Positions 13,287 to 26,192 of a stretch of DNA of 64,000 bases are shown here, one piece after another; within the stretch, counting starts at the first letter, position 1, and each line of letters begins with the position of its first letter. Both the position numbers and the translations under genes were made by a program. The notes under the pieces are model-generated. The model was not told where the DNA came from. It did no database searches and saw only the letters and a list, made by a program, of their open reading frames with translations. Source of the stretch: Octopus vulgaris (lineage: Eukaryota); NCBI GenBank assembly GCA_951406725.2, contig OX597828.1, positions 52,142,001 through 52,206,000 of the forward strand, written 5' to 3'.

Positions 13287-13600
13287 TGTAGGACAAGATA
13301 CTGTGATAGCCTGGGCTTCAGAGGTCCACAGCTCTTCAATATCCTCCCGAAGGACCTGAGAGACCTGCATGGGGTGGATGCAGATGTCTTTAAAATAAAA
13401 CTGGATCTCCTCCTGTCAGGTGTCCCAGATGAACCAACTTCACGGCAGGAGGTGCAGATGAGGGCAGCTGCATCAAACTCTCACATGCACCAAATGTCAA
13501 TTGCTAAAAAGCATTCGTGAAGTAAAATTATGTAGCAACACCGAATGGCGGTGCCCCAGCATGGCCACAGCTCGTCAGCTGAAACTTAATAAAATAAAAA
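13287..13600 (+). mobile_element. 5'-truncated LINE 3' end (CR1/L2-group-like ORF2 C terminus plus 3' UTR)
   Basis: Open frame 13287-13520 reads SLGFRGPQLFNILPKDLRDLHGVDADVFKIKLDLLLSGVPDEP...AAASNS*, matching the (W/F)NxLP...FKxKLD end of CR1/L2-group RT proteins; short UTR and A-rich tail follow. Confidence 0.75.
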
Positions 13601-13611
13601 ATATATATATA

Positions 13612-13861
13612 TGTTATGGAGATGTACTTGCATAGCAAGTGACCTGATCTGAGATCGTGTGCTGGAACGAAAACAATTACAGCATGGAAGGTGTTTATAA
13701 GTCATTTAAGAAACGCAAAAACTGTTAGATTCACTTCAATATTTAATTTTAATTTGCCAAAATATTTTCATCGCTTTGAGACCGGGACCTGTTGACTGAC
13801 AAAATTCCGACAGTTTCTGTGTGTTTCTTAAATGGCTTATAAACACCTTACACGCTGCAAT

Positions 13862-13863
<2 letters not shown>
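13612..13863 (-). mobile_element. (TA)n-flanked fold-back cassette with hammerhead-like loop region
   Basis: 13674-13725 is inverted against 13810-13863; hammerhead-like architecture on the minus strand at 13753-13803. Confidence 0.55.
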
Positions 13864-13902
<39 letters not shown>

Positions 13903-13999
13903 TATATATGCAATTGTTTATATATATATATATATTATTATTAATATTATTATTATTAATATTATTATCATTATTATTATTATTATTACAAATTTGAGA

Positions 14000-14990
14000 T
14001 TTTACCATTAGAACCACAACTCCTATTTCAGGAATACACATTAATTAAATACAATTAACTTACGTTTGAGATAAATATAGTAATTTATACTTATATAGAT
14101 AGGGGTAAATCTTACACTAAATTATTAATTCCCGTAATGTTTATATAGATAGATTGTAGGATTTGATGTGTTTATAATATAGTTGGTGAGGGTTTCCTTA
14201 GGTTTAGGATGTTCTATATTTATCGGTATTGTGATTTTAGGTGTTATTTTTTAATTTTTAAAATTTTTTAATTTTTAAAAATATATTTGTAATTTATATA
14301 TTTTTATTATATTTTTATTCATATTCTTATTTTTCTATTTAATATGACTTATAATATGTATTTTTAACTTTGATCCATTAATAATAATAACAACAAGATA
14401 ATAGAATGGGGATGCACTGGTGGATTCGTGTATTAGGTATAGCCTTAACAAACACCACACCAGCGCAGAAACACGTGTAGCGTTGATTAAAAGAATCGTC
14501 TTTCCCCACAGACTAATAACAGGCAAGTAGTATATATTTATTCTAATATGTTTTCAAATAATTTTATTGAATTTTATAGCAGGTTCTTTAAATGCTTATA
14601 TTATTTTATTATTATTATTATATTGGATATATCTTCCTATGTAAATGCCATACAATAAGGTTATCCTGAAATAGGAGTTGCGGTTGTAATAATATTATAA
14701 ACGATACTGTTTACATTGCATTAGAAAAGTGTAAAAGAGTAAATATGCTGATAACTTGGAATACTTATCATTCCCTAATATTTTGAATATATATAAGATC
14801 CTTTATTATCTTAGGTGGATAGTTGGCGTTATTGTTTTTATTTAACGCTTCCTCTTCGATAGGTTTATTGCAAAGGGAATGTTTGTTTGTTGTTTAGACT
14901 TAATAATACAGCAAGCAATTTGTACACGAAGAAAACTGGCTTGATCTGCTTGATCAGGACTAATATGAGACTAAACAACAACAATATAAT
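14000..14990 (+). mobile_element. AT-rich Penelope pLTR-like cassette with partial inverted repeat and degenerate hammerhead
   Basis: AACCACAACTCCTATTTCAGGA (about 14012) is inverted at about 14664-14685; long stem TGCACTGGTG/CACCAGCGCA then GAAAC-ACGT-GTA (14413-14479) and ATTAAA. Confidence 0.45.
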
Positions 14991-15042
14991 ATATATTTGT
15001 TTTTATTATGTGAACATGTTATCTACGTGGCTCACAAATGAT

Positions 15043-15311
15043 GCCGCGAGATCTAGCTCGGTGTATCTGTTCCCCCCAGCTGGACGGGACGCCAGTCCAT
15101 CGCAGCGTTCCTCAAGAAACAGGAAGAAAGAGTGAGAGAAAGTTAAGGCGAAAGAGTACAACAGGGGTCGCCACCCCTCCCCTGCCGGAGCATCGTGGAG
15201 CTTTAGGTGTTTTCGCTCAATAAATACACACAACGACCGGTCTGGGAATCGAAACTGCGATCCTCCGACCGCGAGTCCGCTGTCCTAACCACTGGGCCAT
15301 TGCGCCTCCAC
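15043..15311 (-). mobile_element. Group B SINE
   Basis: Same head as 12993-13273, different 3' body (CTGCGATGGACTGGCGTCCCGTCCAG). Confidence 0.88.
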
Positions 15312-15501
15312 TAACTTCATTAAATAAGTGAACATTTACTTAACAGTTGTTGCAGTATACGTACGGCGTGTCTGAGTAATGATTGACGGCAATAAGACGT
15401 TGTACCAATGCTATGAATACGGATGTTGTCTTAAGTCTTATAGAAGATGTTGTTGCTACTGCTGTAGTAGTATCACTATAACCTTTCAAAGCTGACTGGA
15501 G

Positions 15502-15674
15502 GAGAAGAAGAAGAAGAAGAAGAAGAAGAAGAAGAAGAAGAAGAAGAAGAAGAAGAAGAAGAAGAAGAAGAAGAAGAAGAAGAAGAAGAAGAAGAAGAAG
15601 AAAAAGAAGAAGTAGAAGAAGGAGGAGGTGGAGGAGGAGAATGAGGAGGAGGAGGAAGAGAAGAAGAAGAAGAA
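15502..15674. repeat. (GAA)n/(GGA)n microsatellite
   Basis: Direct. Confidence 0.97.
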
Positions 15675-16060
15675 AGTAATTTGGCGTCAGTTGGGATTGA
15701 ACCTAAAACATGTAGATCCGAAACAAATGCCACATTTTAGCTGATATACCAACAATGTAGCTAATAGTAAACGTTGGTCTTATAGTATTTGTAATGATTA
15801 TTATTACTGTTGTCGTTGTTGTAGTATATTGTATGTTATTGTTGTTATTATGTTTAGATTAGACAAGGTGGTTGTATGGTGTTCGTTAAAAGGAGCGAGG
15901 GGGGATTTGGAGCGCAAGAAGAGGGCAGCTTTACTAATAGAACGGCAAACATTTGTCCTACCTAACAAGCATGGAGGACAAAGGTGAGGGCTAAAAGGTG
16001 GGGAAAACAGACGGAAAGACAAAGCTGGACACACACAAGCACATATGCCTGTATGTATAC

Positions 16061-16091
<31 letters not shown>

Positions 16092-16133
16092 CATTACACA
16101 CACACATAAATAAATATATAAACATATATATAT

Positions 16134-16170
<37 letters not shown>

Positions 16171-16223
16171 CTTGCATATATATATACATGCATGCATACA
16201 TACACATAATTATATATACACAT

Positions 16224-16284
<61 letters not shown>

Positions 16285-16659
16285 TGTATATGTGTGTGTG
16301 TATGTATGTATGTATGTGTGTATATATGCATGTATGTGTATGATGACAGAGGGACAATAAGTGAAAGCAACAGAAAACGTAGACGACAGGAGAGAAACAA
16401 AGACAGAGAGAGAGAGAGAGAGAGAAGGGAGAGGAAGAGGTAGAGTTGGAAATTAGTAGCTACAATAAACTACAATAAAGTGCATAATGTAAAGTGCAGG
16501 ACCACACCAACATCCCCGCCCCCGCCCCGCCCACCCCGGACGCCACCAGTGTCACAGTCACAAATGAATTTAGTGTCTTTTGATCTTCTACGTCATGAGT
16601 CAATGAAGAAGACAAACAATGAGCGAAGATCACTAACATGGCCATTGGTGACGATGAGT

Positions 16660-17280
16660 ACGATGATAATGATGATGATGATGGTGATGATGATGATGAT
16701 GATAACGATGATGATGGTGTTGGTGGTGGTGGTGATGATTATGATGGTGATACCTACCATTATTATTATGGTCACTTCTTTTTTTCCCATTCCCATCCTC
16801 CTCTCCCTCTTCTTTCTCTTCTTTCTCCTTCTCTTTATGTCCAATAACAACCACCAGCGCCACCACCAGCACTAACAGTATTATCATCATCATCATCTTC
16901 ATCGTCATCGTCGTCGTCGTCATTCTCATCATCATCTTCATCATCACCATCATCATGATCATCATCATGATCATGATCATCATCATCATCATGATCATGA
17001 TCATCACCATCATCATCATCATGATCATCATCATGATCATCATCATGATCATTATCATCACCATCATCATCATCATGATCATCATCATGATCATCATATC
17101 ATCATCATCATCATCGTCGTCGTCGTTATCATCATCATCATCATCACCATCATTACCTTCATCATCATCCTTATCAGCATCACCACTACCACAACCACCA
17201 CCACCACCGCAACTAATAGCATAACAGCATCATTGTCATCATCATAGTCATAGACATCATCATCGTCGTCGTCGTCGCAT
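16660..17280. repeat. (GAT)n then (CAT)n trinucleotide low-complexity tract
   Basis: Direct; includes palindromic ATCATGAT interruptions. Confidence 0.92.
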
Positions 17281-18049
17281 GCAAGAAGAGGGAAAAGAAA
17301 TCAATAACACCTAATTTCTTTTTTGTTTTCTTTTTTTTTTCAATGTTGAAGCGTGAAGAAAAAAAAACCAACTATATATAGCAACAACAAGAACGACACC
17401 ACCACCACGACTATCACCACCACCACCAACACCAACAACAACATCAACAATACTAACAACGCTAATTGCACTACCGGAAGTGACAATTTTTAAACTCACC
17501 AAACAAAACCTTTCCTACTATTTGCTAACCTAAGTCCTGAACTTAGTGTTTAATTGCCAACAATTTCGCCATAAACATCACAGCTGCCTGGATCCACCTC
17601 ACTAGTATCCTTTATTTACCAAGCTAAGCGCATTACTATCCGCTTTTATTGATAACAACTTAGGCATACACATCACAACTTCCTGTTAGTTCTTATAGTA
17701 GTTTGGTATGGTTTAGTGGCGTAAATTGACTATAAGTAATACGTGTAAAAGAAAGACACACATGCGCGCGCACATATACACACGTATATGCACATATATT
17801 TGTATGTATACATTTAGATAACCTTATGTGCAAACATATGACCTCACCATTAATGTGGTTTTGTTTTGTTTTGTTTTGTTATTTTTTACTAATATTAACA
17901 TAGTGATTTCCGAATTATTTCTGTACAACGTACGTTTCTTTTAAACATTATATTCAGAGGGGCGTTAAAAAAAAAACACAAAAAAAAAAACGAAACAAAT
18001 TATATACATATAGGCTCACACACACACATATATATATATATACATACGT

Positions 18050-18589
18050 AGGCGCAGGCTTGGCTGTATGGTAAGATGTTTGCTTCTAAACCATATGGTT
18101 CCTGGTTCAGTCTTACTGCGTGACACCGTAGCCTAAAGCCTTCTGCTATAGCTCCGGGTCGACTAAAGCCTAGTAAATGGGCTTGGTAGACAGAAACTGA
18201 AAGAAGCCCATCTTATATGCATGTATGTATTTGCTTGTATTTGCATGTATTTGTCTTTGTGTACGAGTTCGTCCTCTACCAGCGCTTGACAACCGGTGGT
18301 GGTTTGTTTCTGTCTCCGTAACTTAGCGGTTCCGTAAAAGAAAACAACAGAATAAATATTCGGCGTTTAGTTTGTTTTTTTTAAAATCTATTGGCATCGA
18401 TTTGTTCGACTAAACCCTTCAACGAAGTATCCCAGCACGGCCGCAGTCCACCGACAGAAACAAGTAAAAGATAAATAAAAAATCATACATACATTGATAC
18501 ATACGTACATATGTTTGTGTATGCATATACATATATATATAATATGGTGCCTGGGAAAACGAAATATATTATAGTACACACACACATAC

Positions 18590-18637
<48 letters not shown>

Positions 18638-18885
18638 TTATACGAAATAAGTATGTCGTATATATACATGTGTGTGTGCTTTTGTACTTGCCCCCGCCTC
18701 AACTACTTGACAACCAGTGTTCGTGTGTTTACGTCCACGTAACTTAGCTGTTCGACAAAGTGTACGATAGAATATGTACCAGGCTAAAATAAAAATATAA
18801 CTACAGGGAATAATTCGTTCGACTAAAATTGTTCGAGGTGCTGCTCCAGCATGGCCGCAGTTTCTTGACTGAAATAAGAAAGAGT
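18050..18885 (+). mobile_element. Two diverged group A SINEs (full copy 18050-18471; 3' half about 18655-18885)
   Basis: Recognisable head, GGTAGACAGAAACTGAAAGAAGCCC core and CCAGCA(C/T)GGCCGCAG tails. Confidence 0.8.
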
Positions 18886-18954
18886 GAAAGTACATACACG
18901 TGTTATGAGTTCAGTTTTTCCTGTTTCGCATTGAAAATCCTGAATATTTTTATA

Positions 18955-19504
18955 CGAGCAACCCCACCTCTCCGTCCAATGGACGTTGCTGAATCATATC
19001 TGCTGAATAAAAAGCAATCAGTGTTTTCTTTTCATTAAAAAATAATTAAGCATATCTTTATTTCAATAAAATTTTTGGTTTTGTTAAACGAAGTTAAGGC
19101 AAAAAAAAAAAATCTTGAGAAACCAAATAGTCTTTCCTTCCTTCATGCCAAGTTTGAAGAAAATATCTCTTTTGTATCTTACTATTTTGGTCTCTGAAAT
19201 ATACTGCATTTTGTGGCATTATTTCAAGCCACCCGGATTTTTTGCGCAAACTGCACGTGCATTTTTCTCGCATACGCGTGGTATCGATCGCAACAGCCGA
19301 TGTACTTGCGCGTACAAATGCACGTTCCCACGGCTTTATCGATCGCATTCTCACCTGGAATCAATTTTTGTAAATTTTTCAAGACTTATACACGCCTTGA
19401 TACCGTCGGTATCTACATATCAAATTTGAGTGCAATCGGATGGAGTATGTCCGAGATCCTAGAAGACACACACACAGACAGACAGAACGGATTTTATATA
19501 AAAG
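18955..19504 (-). mobile_element. Non-autonomous Helitron-like element
   Basis: Minus-strand 5' end TCTTTTATATAAAATCCGTTCTGTCTGTCTGTGTG; CGTCC-aat-GGACG hairpin near the other end with an eroded CTAG. Confidence 0.5.
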
Positions 19505-19512
19505 ATGAATAT

Positions 19513-19760
19513 GTGGAGGCGCGTGATTTAGTGGTTAAGGTGTTGCACTCATGATTGTAAGAATATGGTTTCGATTCTTGAACCGAGTGATACCTTGTGT
19601 TATTGAGCAAAACACAGCATTTTATGTTGCTTCAATTCACTCAGTTGGTAAAAAGGGGAAATCTCTGCAACGGACCAGCGTCCCATTCAGTGGGAGGAAT
19701 ATGTATGCCACAGAATACGGGAAACCGGCACTGTTTACCTATGGCTTGGGAAGGAATTTT
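19513..19760 (+). mobile_element. Diverged group B' SINE
   Basis: GTGGAGGCGCGTGATTTAGTGGTTAAGG...GGTTTCGATTC head; CTGCAACGGACCAGCGTCCCATTCAG...GGAAACCGG tail like 25046. Confidence 0.75.
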
Positions 19761-19774
19761 GAAATATATCAGGC

Positions 19775-21210
19775 AAAAGGATCAATCTTGGCACAGAAGC
19801 TCACAAATCTCTCGCAGGCCATATGGCTGCAGGAGCTCAATGATGCTTCTATTGTCCCTCATTACAAGAGAAATGAAAACCATACAATCCTGTGACAGCC
19901 ACCGAGGAATTTCTATCCTTGCTATCCCTGCTTAAGGAGGGCTCATCAGAGTCCTCCTTAAGCGCCCTCTCTCAGCACATGGAAGACAGGCATCTGCCAG
20001 AGAGTCGAAATGGATTAAGAGTGAGCCGTGAGACAGTCGACATGGTCTTTACGGCAAGCCAATTTTAGCAGGATGATCTCAGCTATAGAGTCGGATGACT
20101 TCTGCAACATCGACGAAACCAGCGTTAATATCAGATTCAAGACTGATGGCAGAATCTTCAATCTGCGGAGACCACAGACCAGGATCAAGATGAAAGAGGT
20201 CTCAGTGCGAAACCTCCTGATCGCGGACGACTGCGCACTTAACCCCATCATAGAAATTCACATGCAGCAGAGCATAAACTGCACTTCCACTGCCTGCAAT
20301 AGCTTTGACCTCACAAACATCACTCAGAAGACAGAGGTCATGCACCAACCTTCCCTGCAGAAGCCGTATGTGGAACCAACTATCTCTGCCGAAAGGAAAA
20401 CCCTGAAGGTTGTTGATAATTTCGCGTACTTCGGCAGCACACCAGATCTGTGAAGATAGACGATGAAGTCAATACACACATCGCGAAGACAAGCTCAGTG
20501 TTCGGGCATCTATGCTTATCAGTGTGGGAGAGGAGAGGCATTAGACTGACCACCAAGCTGAAGGTGTACTGCCTACACTACTGTATGCCTGCGAGACTTG
20601 GATAGTTTACGAACGCCACACCAAACAGTTAAACCGATTCCATATAAACTGTCTGAGAATGCAGTTAAAATCATCTGATAAGACAACGTCCCAAACACGG
20701 AGGTCCTCTCTTGAGCTGATCTTCCAATCATTTACACACTACGGAAAAGAGTAGTTGGAAAGGCTACCTTGTTCGAATGCCAGACTTGCGACTTCCAATA
20801 GAGTGGTTTATAGCGAATTGACGAGAAACTTGCACACCACACAAGGTACACAGATAAGGCGCTTCAAGGGCACCGAACACCTCAATGAAGAGTATTGAGA
20901 TCAACCCCGACACCTGAGAAATTCAAGCATAAGACTGACCTGCCCAGTGAAGCTACACCAACGGAAATGCCACCTTCTACGAAATAAACAACATTGCAGG
21001 AGCACAGAGAAAAGGTGAACTGCGCAAATCAGAGCCAACACCTTACTCTCAATCCCGGCAGACCACTAGTGCCCGAACTGCGACAGAGCCTTCCGAACAT
21101 GCATCGGACAGATCGGCCATAACCGTGACACATCTCTGTGACACATCTCTCATGTGACACATCTCTCATGTGATGTATTTGGTCATCGTCGACAACGACG
21201 AACGAACTAA
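19775..21210 (+). pseudogene. Decayed RTE-clade (BovB-like) LINE: reverse transcriptase ORF and 3' end
   Basis: Frame-broken peptides DASIVPHYKR..CDSHRGISIL, FKTDGRIFNLRR, LLIADDCAL (YADD equivalent), KTEVMHQP, DNFAYFGST; C-terminal CPNCDRAF zinc-finger-like motif; tail GTCATCGTCGACAACGACGAACGAAC. Stops, frameshifts and an internal deletion. Confidence 0.92.
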
Positions 21211-21284
21211 CAATAATAATATATAAGTGTTTGTATATGCATGTAAAAGTATATGTATCTATGAATGCATATCTGTGACTGTGT

Positions 21285-21439
21285 ATGTATGTATGTATGT
21301 ATGTATGTATGTGTGTATGTATGTATATATGTATGTATATATATATGTATGTATATATGTATGTATGTATGTATGTATATATGTATGTATATATCTATGT
21401 ATGTATGTATGTATGTATGTATGTATGTATGTATGTATG

Positions 21440-21502
<63 letters not shown>

Positions 21503-21636
21503 ATATGTATGTATATATGTATGTATGTATGTATGTATGTGTGTATGTATGTATGTATGTATGTATATATGTATGTATGTATGTATGTATATATGTATGT
21601 ATATATGTATGTATGTATGTATGTACGCATGTATGT
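21285..21636. repeat. (TATG)n microsatellite
   Basis: Direct. Confidence 0.97.
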
Positions 21637-23316
21637 AGGTTCGAATGGAGGTATTCAATAATTGCATTCTGCCTTTAGGGTAAGATTCACGAACATTTTC
21701 CGATTTTCACGGCGATGCTTATACTAAAATACTACTGGGTTATTACTATTTCAACACTTATAACACAAATAAAGTCACGCGTAAAGGTCGATAATTCATA
21801 TCTGTAAACAAACATTTATTATCGTTAATGGGAGATAACTATATTCAACATGATTGTGAAGTTTGTAGCTGAGCTTAAATCTTTGATTTTCCCATATTAG
21901 ACTACTGGGTACGATTTATGTCTCATAGACCATATAAGATCATTTCTTTAAGGAGAATGAACAGAAAAGAAATAAGCTTTTCTTCTGCTTCCAATTCATA
22001 TTTAGTTACAATTGAAGGTTAAGAAAAGGAATAAAATGCGTCACAAGTAGCCGAAGTGTAAATTTATATTTCTTGCCACACAATGCGTCGGCTTTTGGTT
22101 TAGTCAGCTTGCATTTCGAAAACCATTGATATAAAATTACGTTTGAATATTTTTACCTTGTAGATTTTGTAAACAAGCATAATGAGGTGTTGTCTCAACT
22201 GTTGTAACTTGGTAACATTACATTCTCGTTTCTCACTTGCATTTATTTGAAAGTAGCATATGTGAATATTGTTCGGCTGGGCTTTACAACAATACTCCAT
22301 TTCATCGAAGAATTTCTTTTTACTCTGTCTTGTAAGAAGCAAATATATTTCGAAATATACATGATATTTAATTCTGAACCAGAATGAATGCGTGTGCAGT
22401 GAATTCTTTGTTTTAGGCGTATTTTCTGTTAAATGGATGTATTTTTTTACGGTATGGTCTGTTGATATTTTTTTAATATTCTTTCATTGACAATATCACT
22501 AATCATGCCACTGCAATTGTATTTGGATTGGTTATTTGTGCTGTGTTTTTAGATTAGTTATAGCTGGTTTTACAATATTTTCATTGAAGATCGTTTTATA
22601 TCTGTGTGAAACAGAGAACTGTTTAGGGTAAGGAGAGTCCTAGCAATGTATATATGGTTGCATTTAATGTCTTAGGACCTCAAATTCTTGAGAAGTGGTA
22701 AGGGCAACGTTGAAACAGGCTGTAGATCTTGGGCATTTTTAGATCTAATGGAGCCCTTCCTTTTCCATATCTGACAAGAAAGAAGGGCAGGGGAAGAAAA
22801 GAGAGGCAAAAAAAGAATCCCTCCAAGTAAAACTCTGGTACCTGAAAAGATGCAAGATATGCCTCACCTCATTGGTATTCGAACTCAACGCGTAGAATAA
22901 CTACCACAAGGAAATTTATCTGACACTAACTATTTGACCAATTCACTGCATTATTTATACTGCGTGGTGGGTTAAACCAGACACTTTCTCTGCTCCTTTT
23001 TTAACATGTATTCTTACTTATTGTGAGGTAATTTGTGTTTTGCAACCACTTCTGTCTTCTGCAATATTATAGTGTGATGTATCATTGATAATAGATGTTT
23101 TTGTATTCGTTAACTTATTACATATGCGTCCACTAAAGACGTCTATAATGTAGTATGCAATTGTAGGTATGGCGTTGAAATTGTGAGTGTGCATAGAGTT
23201 CCTTTGTAGAAATTAAGTTAAGTGTAACGGCGGGAGATATGAGACAACATATACTCATCTTTATAAAACCTGTGTGTACAAGTACGTACATACATACATT
23301 CATACATACACACACG

Positions 23317-23348
<32 letters not shown>

Positions 23349-23842
23349 CATATATATATATGCATACATACACATATGTGTACGTCTGTCTTGTGTTCGT
23401 CTATGTATAAGTATGTGCATATATATGTGTGTATGTGTGTATGTGTGTGTATGTATATGTGTGTATGCGTGTATACATGTGCGTGTATGTGTCTGTGTGT
23501 ATGTATGTGCCTCTGTTTTGCTTTAATAGCATAAGTATCATTAGTATCATAATAATGTTCATGACCGTTAACATGAATAGTGCCACCATTATCGCCATTA
23601 CCTTCACGAATAAAAGTCAGCAAATTTGTATAAGTCAGCTATCATTGTGTGCGAATACGTGCGTATGTATGTGTGCGTGTATGTGTGTGTGTGTGTGTCT
23701 GTCTGTCTGTCTTTCTCTCTGTCTCTCTGTCAGTTTTCCCAGTCTGTCGTTCTCTTTCTCGCGTTTACACTTACATACACACATGCATGCATGTGTACTA
23801 TATACATCAATGCACATATACACACATCTTCACGTATAAACA

Positions 23843-23873
<31 letters not shown>

Positions 23874-24205
23874 CAAACATATATATATATATATATATAC
23901 TACTTGCGTGTGTGTACATACACAGAAACAGATACACACACACAAACGCACACGCACATAAAGAAATACACACACACTGGCACATACGCACTTCTCTTGT
24001 TTTGCTCATGTTTTTAGCCTCATTGTCCACCACGATCGCTGTCCACCACATTAGGTTGGTAATTTAGCATGACCGGAAACAAACCAACTACACGGAATTT
24101 CACGGTCCGAATCCTAATCGCTAAAGTGACCATATCCTAAAGTAGACGAAATTACTCAGTCCTGGGTCATTGTAATACTTTAGTAATGGTCGCTTAGCCA
24201 TTACA

Positions 24206-24223
24206 ACCGGAAGTGATGAGTCA
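24206..24223 (+). promoter_or_regulatory. Possible ETS plus AP-1 composite motif
   Basis: ACCGGAAGT-ga-TGAGTCA in non-repetitive sequence; motif match only, no functional evidence. Confidence 0.2.
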
Positions 24224-25045
24224 GTAGATGTGATACTACCGCCGTTATAATGAGTTTATCTTCCTTTACTCCGAGACATCGTAAAACATTGAAGATAACT
24301 AGTGTAGTGTCGTGGGGCCGTACAGTGTCATGCGATATGCTAGAAATAGCAGCCAAATATTTGTCAAATCAAACTGGATAAAGCATTTTTAAAAAGTCAA
24401 TTAGTGTTATAATGTACTCCATTGAATAATGTACTCCAAGATAGATTGTGTTTGAACATAATGCGGTATGGTCATGGTTGGGATGGCTGCGATTATAGCT
24501 CTGTTCTGTTTCCTCTGTCAGTGTTGACCAGAAATTAACAACAGCAACAACCGTACTAAGAATCACAGAATAATAGCAGCATCGACATAAACGCGAAAAT
24601 GCGAACCAGTGAGGGATTATCCACGTAGACGTTGTACATGCTAGAAATAGCAGTCACATAACTCATATATCTGATTCTAAACCTTAGAAAAAGTAATGAC
24701 ACAATGGCGCATAATGGTCTTAGGTACAGATATCAATCGCTTTATGGAAGCATTAAATTCCCTAAAATATAAAATTATTAACGTAACATGGAATTCCGTA
24801 ACGCGAAATTTTGTTCCCATTGACCTGTGCATGGAAGTCAAAGAATGTTGTAGCTTCCTACTATGGAATTTCACGTTACAGAAAAATCTCAATGTTTCTG
24901 TAATGCGACGTATGCCTGTTTCCTTATAAGGTGTAATATCCAGGCTGGAATGCTTTTGGCTAGAAATACGCAACAACAATATGGTCAGGTTTGCAATATG
25001 CTCGACCATAGATCTTCTTCATTAAGCCTGAACTAAGAATAAAAA

Positions 25046-25350
25046 GTGGAGGCACATGGCCTAGTGGTTAGAGCAGCGGACTCGCGGTCGAGGTATCGCG
25101 GGTTCGAATCTCAGACCGGGCGATGTATGTGTTTATGAGCGAAACACCTTAGCTCCACGCGGCTCTGGCAGAAGGTAATGGCGAACTTCTGCTGACTCTT
25201 TCGACACAACATTCTCTCACTCTTTCCTTCTGCATCTTACAGCTCACCTGCGACGGGCTGGCGTCCCGTCCAGGTGGGGAACCTATTCGCCAAGGAAACC
25301 GGGAAATCGACCCTTATGAGCTAGGCGTGGCTTGAGAAGGAACAAACAAG
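25046..25350 (+). mobile_element. Full-length group B SINE with probable 10-bp TSD
   Basis: TGGCCTAGTGGTTAG A box, GGTTCGAATCT B box; TAAGAATAAA (25034-25043) versus TAAGATTAAA (25351-25360). Confidence 0.9.
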
Positions 25351-25693
25351 TAAGATTAAACAACAACAACAGTTTACGACAGCCTTGTCAATTTGGTGGA
25401 ATTATAAAATCATTGAAACTGACCATAGAAAAATGCTAAAAGTTGGGGTTTCTGGCGGGATTTGAACGTAAAACGTAACAAAACGTAATGACTTACGGAA
25501 ACGTCTGCTTTTATTTATTTATTTTCTTTATCTTATCTCTGCCATTTCAGGGTTTTAATGTCGAAAAGCTTCACTTACTAGATGTAGCAGCTAAATCTTC
25601 ATATAGCACTGCAAAATATTCTAAAAAGAAAAAAAAGACAGAAATAGACAAGATACTGCTGTTTTGAAGCATAATGCCGCCTTGAAAAAAGAT

Positions 25694-25908
25694 TACGATG
25701 GGGTGCTGAAAAGTTCTTGGCCTTAATGGTGTTGTGCAAACCTGATTAGAGGCTCAACCCTCCAAGTTCTTTAACAGAGCTTAGAAAATCTTAAGGACTG
25801 CTTAAATAAGTGTGTGAATTTGAGAGGAGTATATGTTGAATGAAATCATAACTGATCGTCCTGACGTTCTTTTACCTAAAGTCAGTAATTTTAAAACAAC
25901 CTCTCGTA
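25694..25908 (+). mobile_element. Mariner-derived MITE
   Basis: TA-flanked imperfect TIRs (TACGATGGGGTGCTGAAAAGTT / AATTTTAAAACAACCTCTCGTA); internal NKCVNLRGVYVE* matches the mariner transposase C terminus. Confidence 0.75.
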
Positions 25909-26192
25909 CGTTATTGATTCTTAACCTAGAGCAAAATTTAACTCTTTGAAAGTAAAAAAAAAAAAAATACAAAAAAAGAAATTAATGTTTGAATTTTGGT
26001 CGATATATTCAGCTTAAGTCGACTGATGACGTTGTGAATGAATACGAGAAACTCCTGATTACCCAAGAGGATCACTCAGAGTAGAACTATATACATACAC
26101 ATTTATGTGTGTGTGTAAGTGTGTAAGTGTGTGAGTGTGTGTGTATGACTGAGTGTATGTGTGTGTGAGTGTGTGCGCACATTCTGATAAGT

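Noticed and set aside
22100-22770. Possible highly decayed LINE ORF or exon on the minus strand
   Set aside because: No convincing motif recoverable by eye; needs a translated search.
25046-25125. tRNA genes at SINE heads (also 62091, 1330-1398)
   Set aside because: A and B boxes run straight into repeated SINE bodies, some with TSDs; I see no complete cloverleaf with a terminator.
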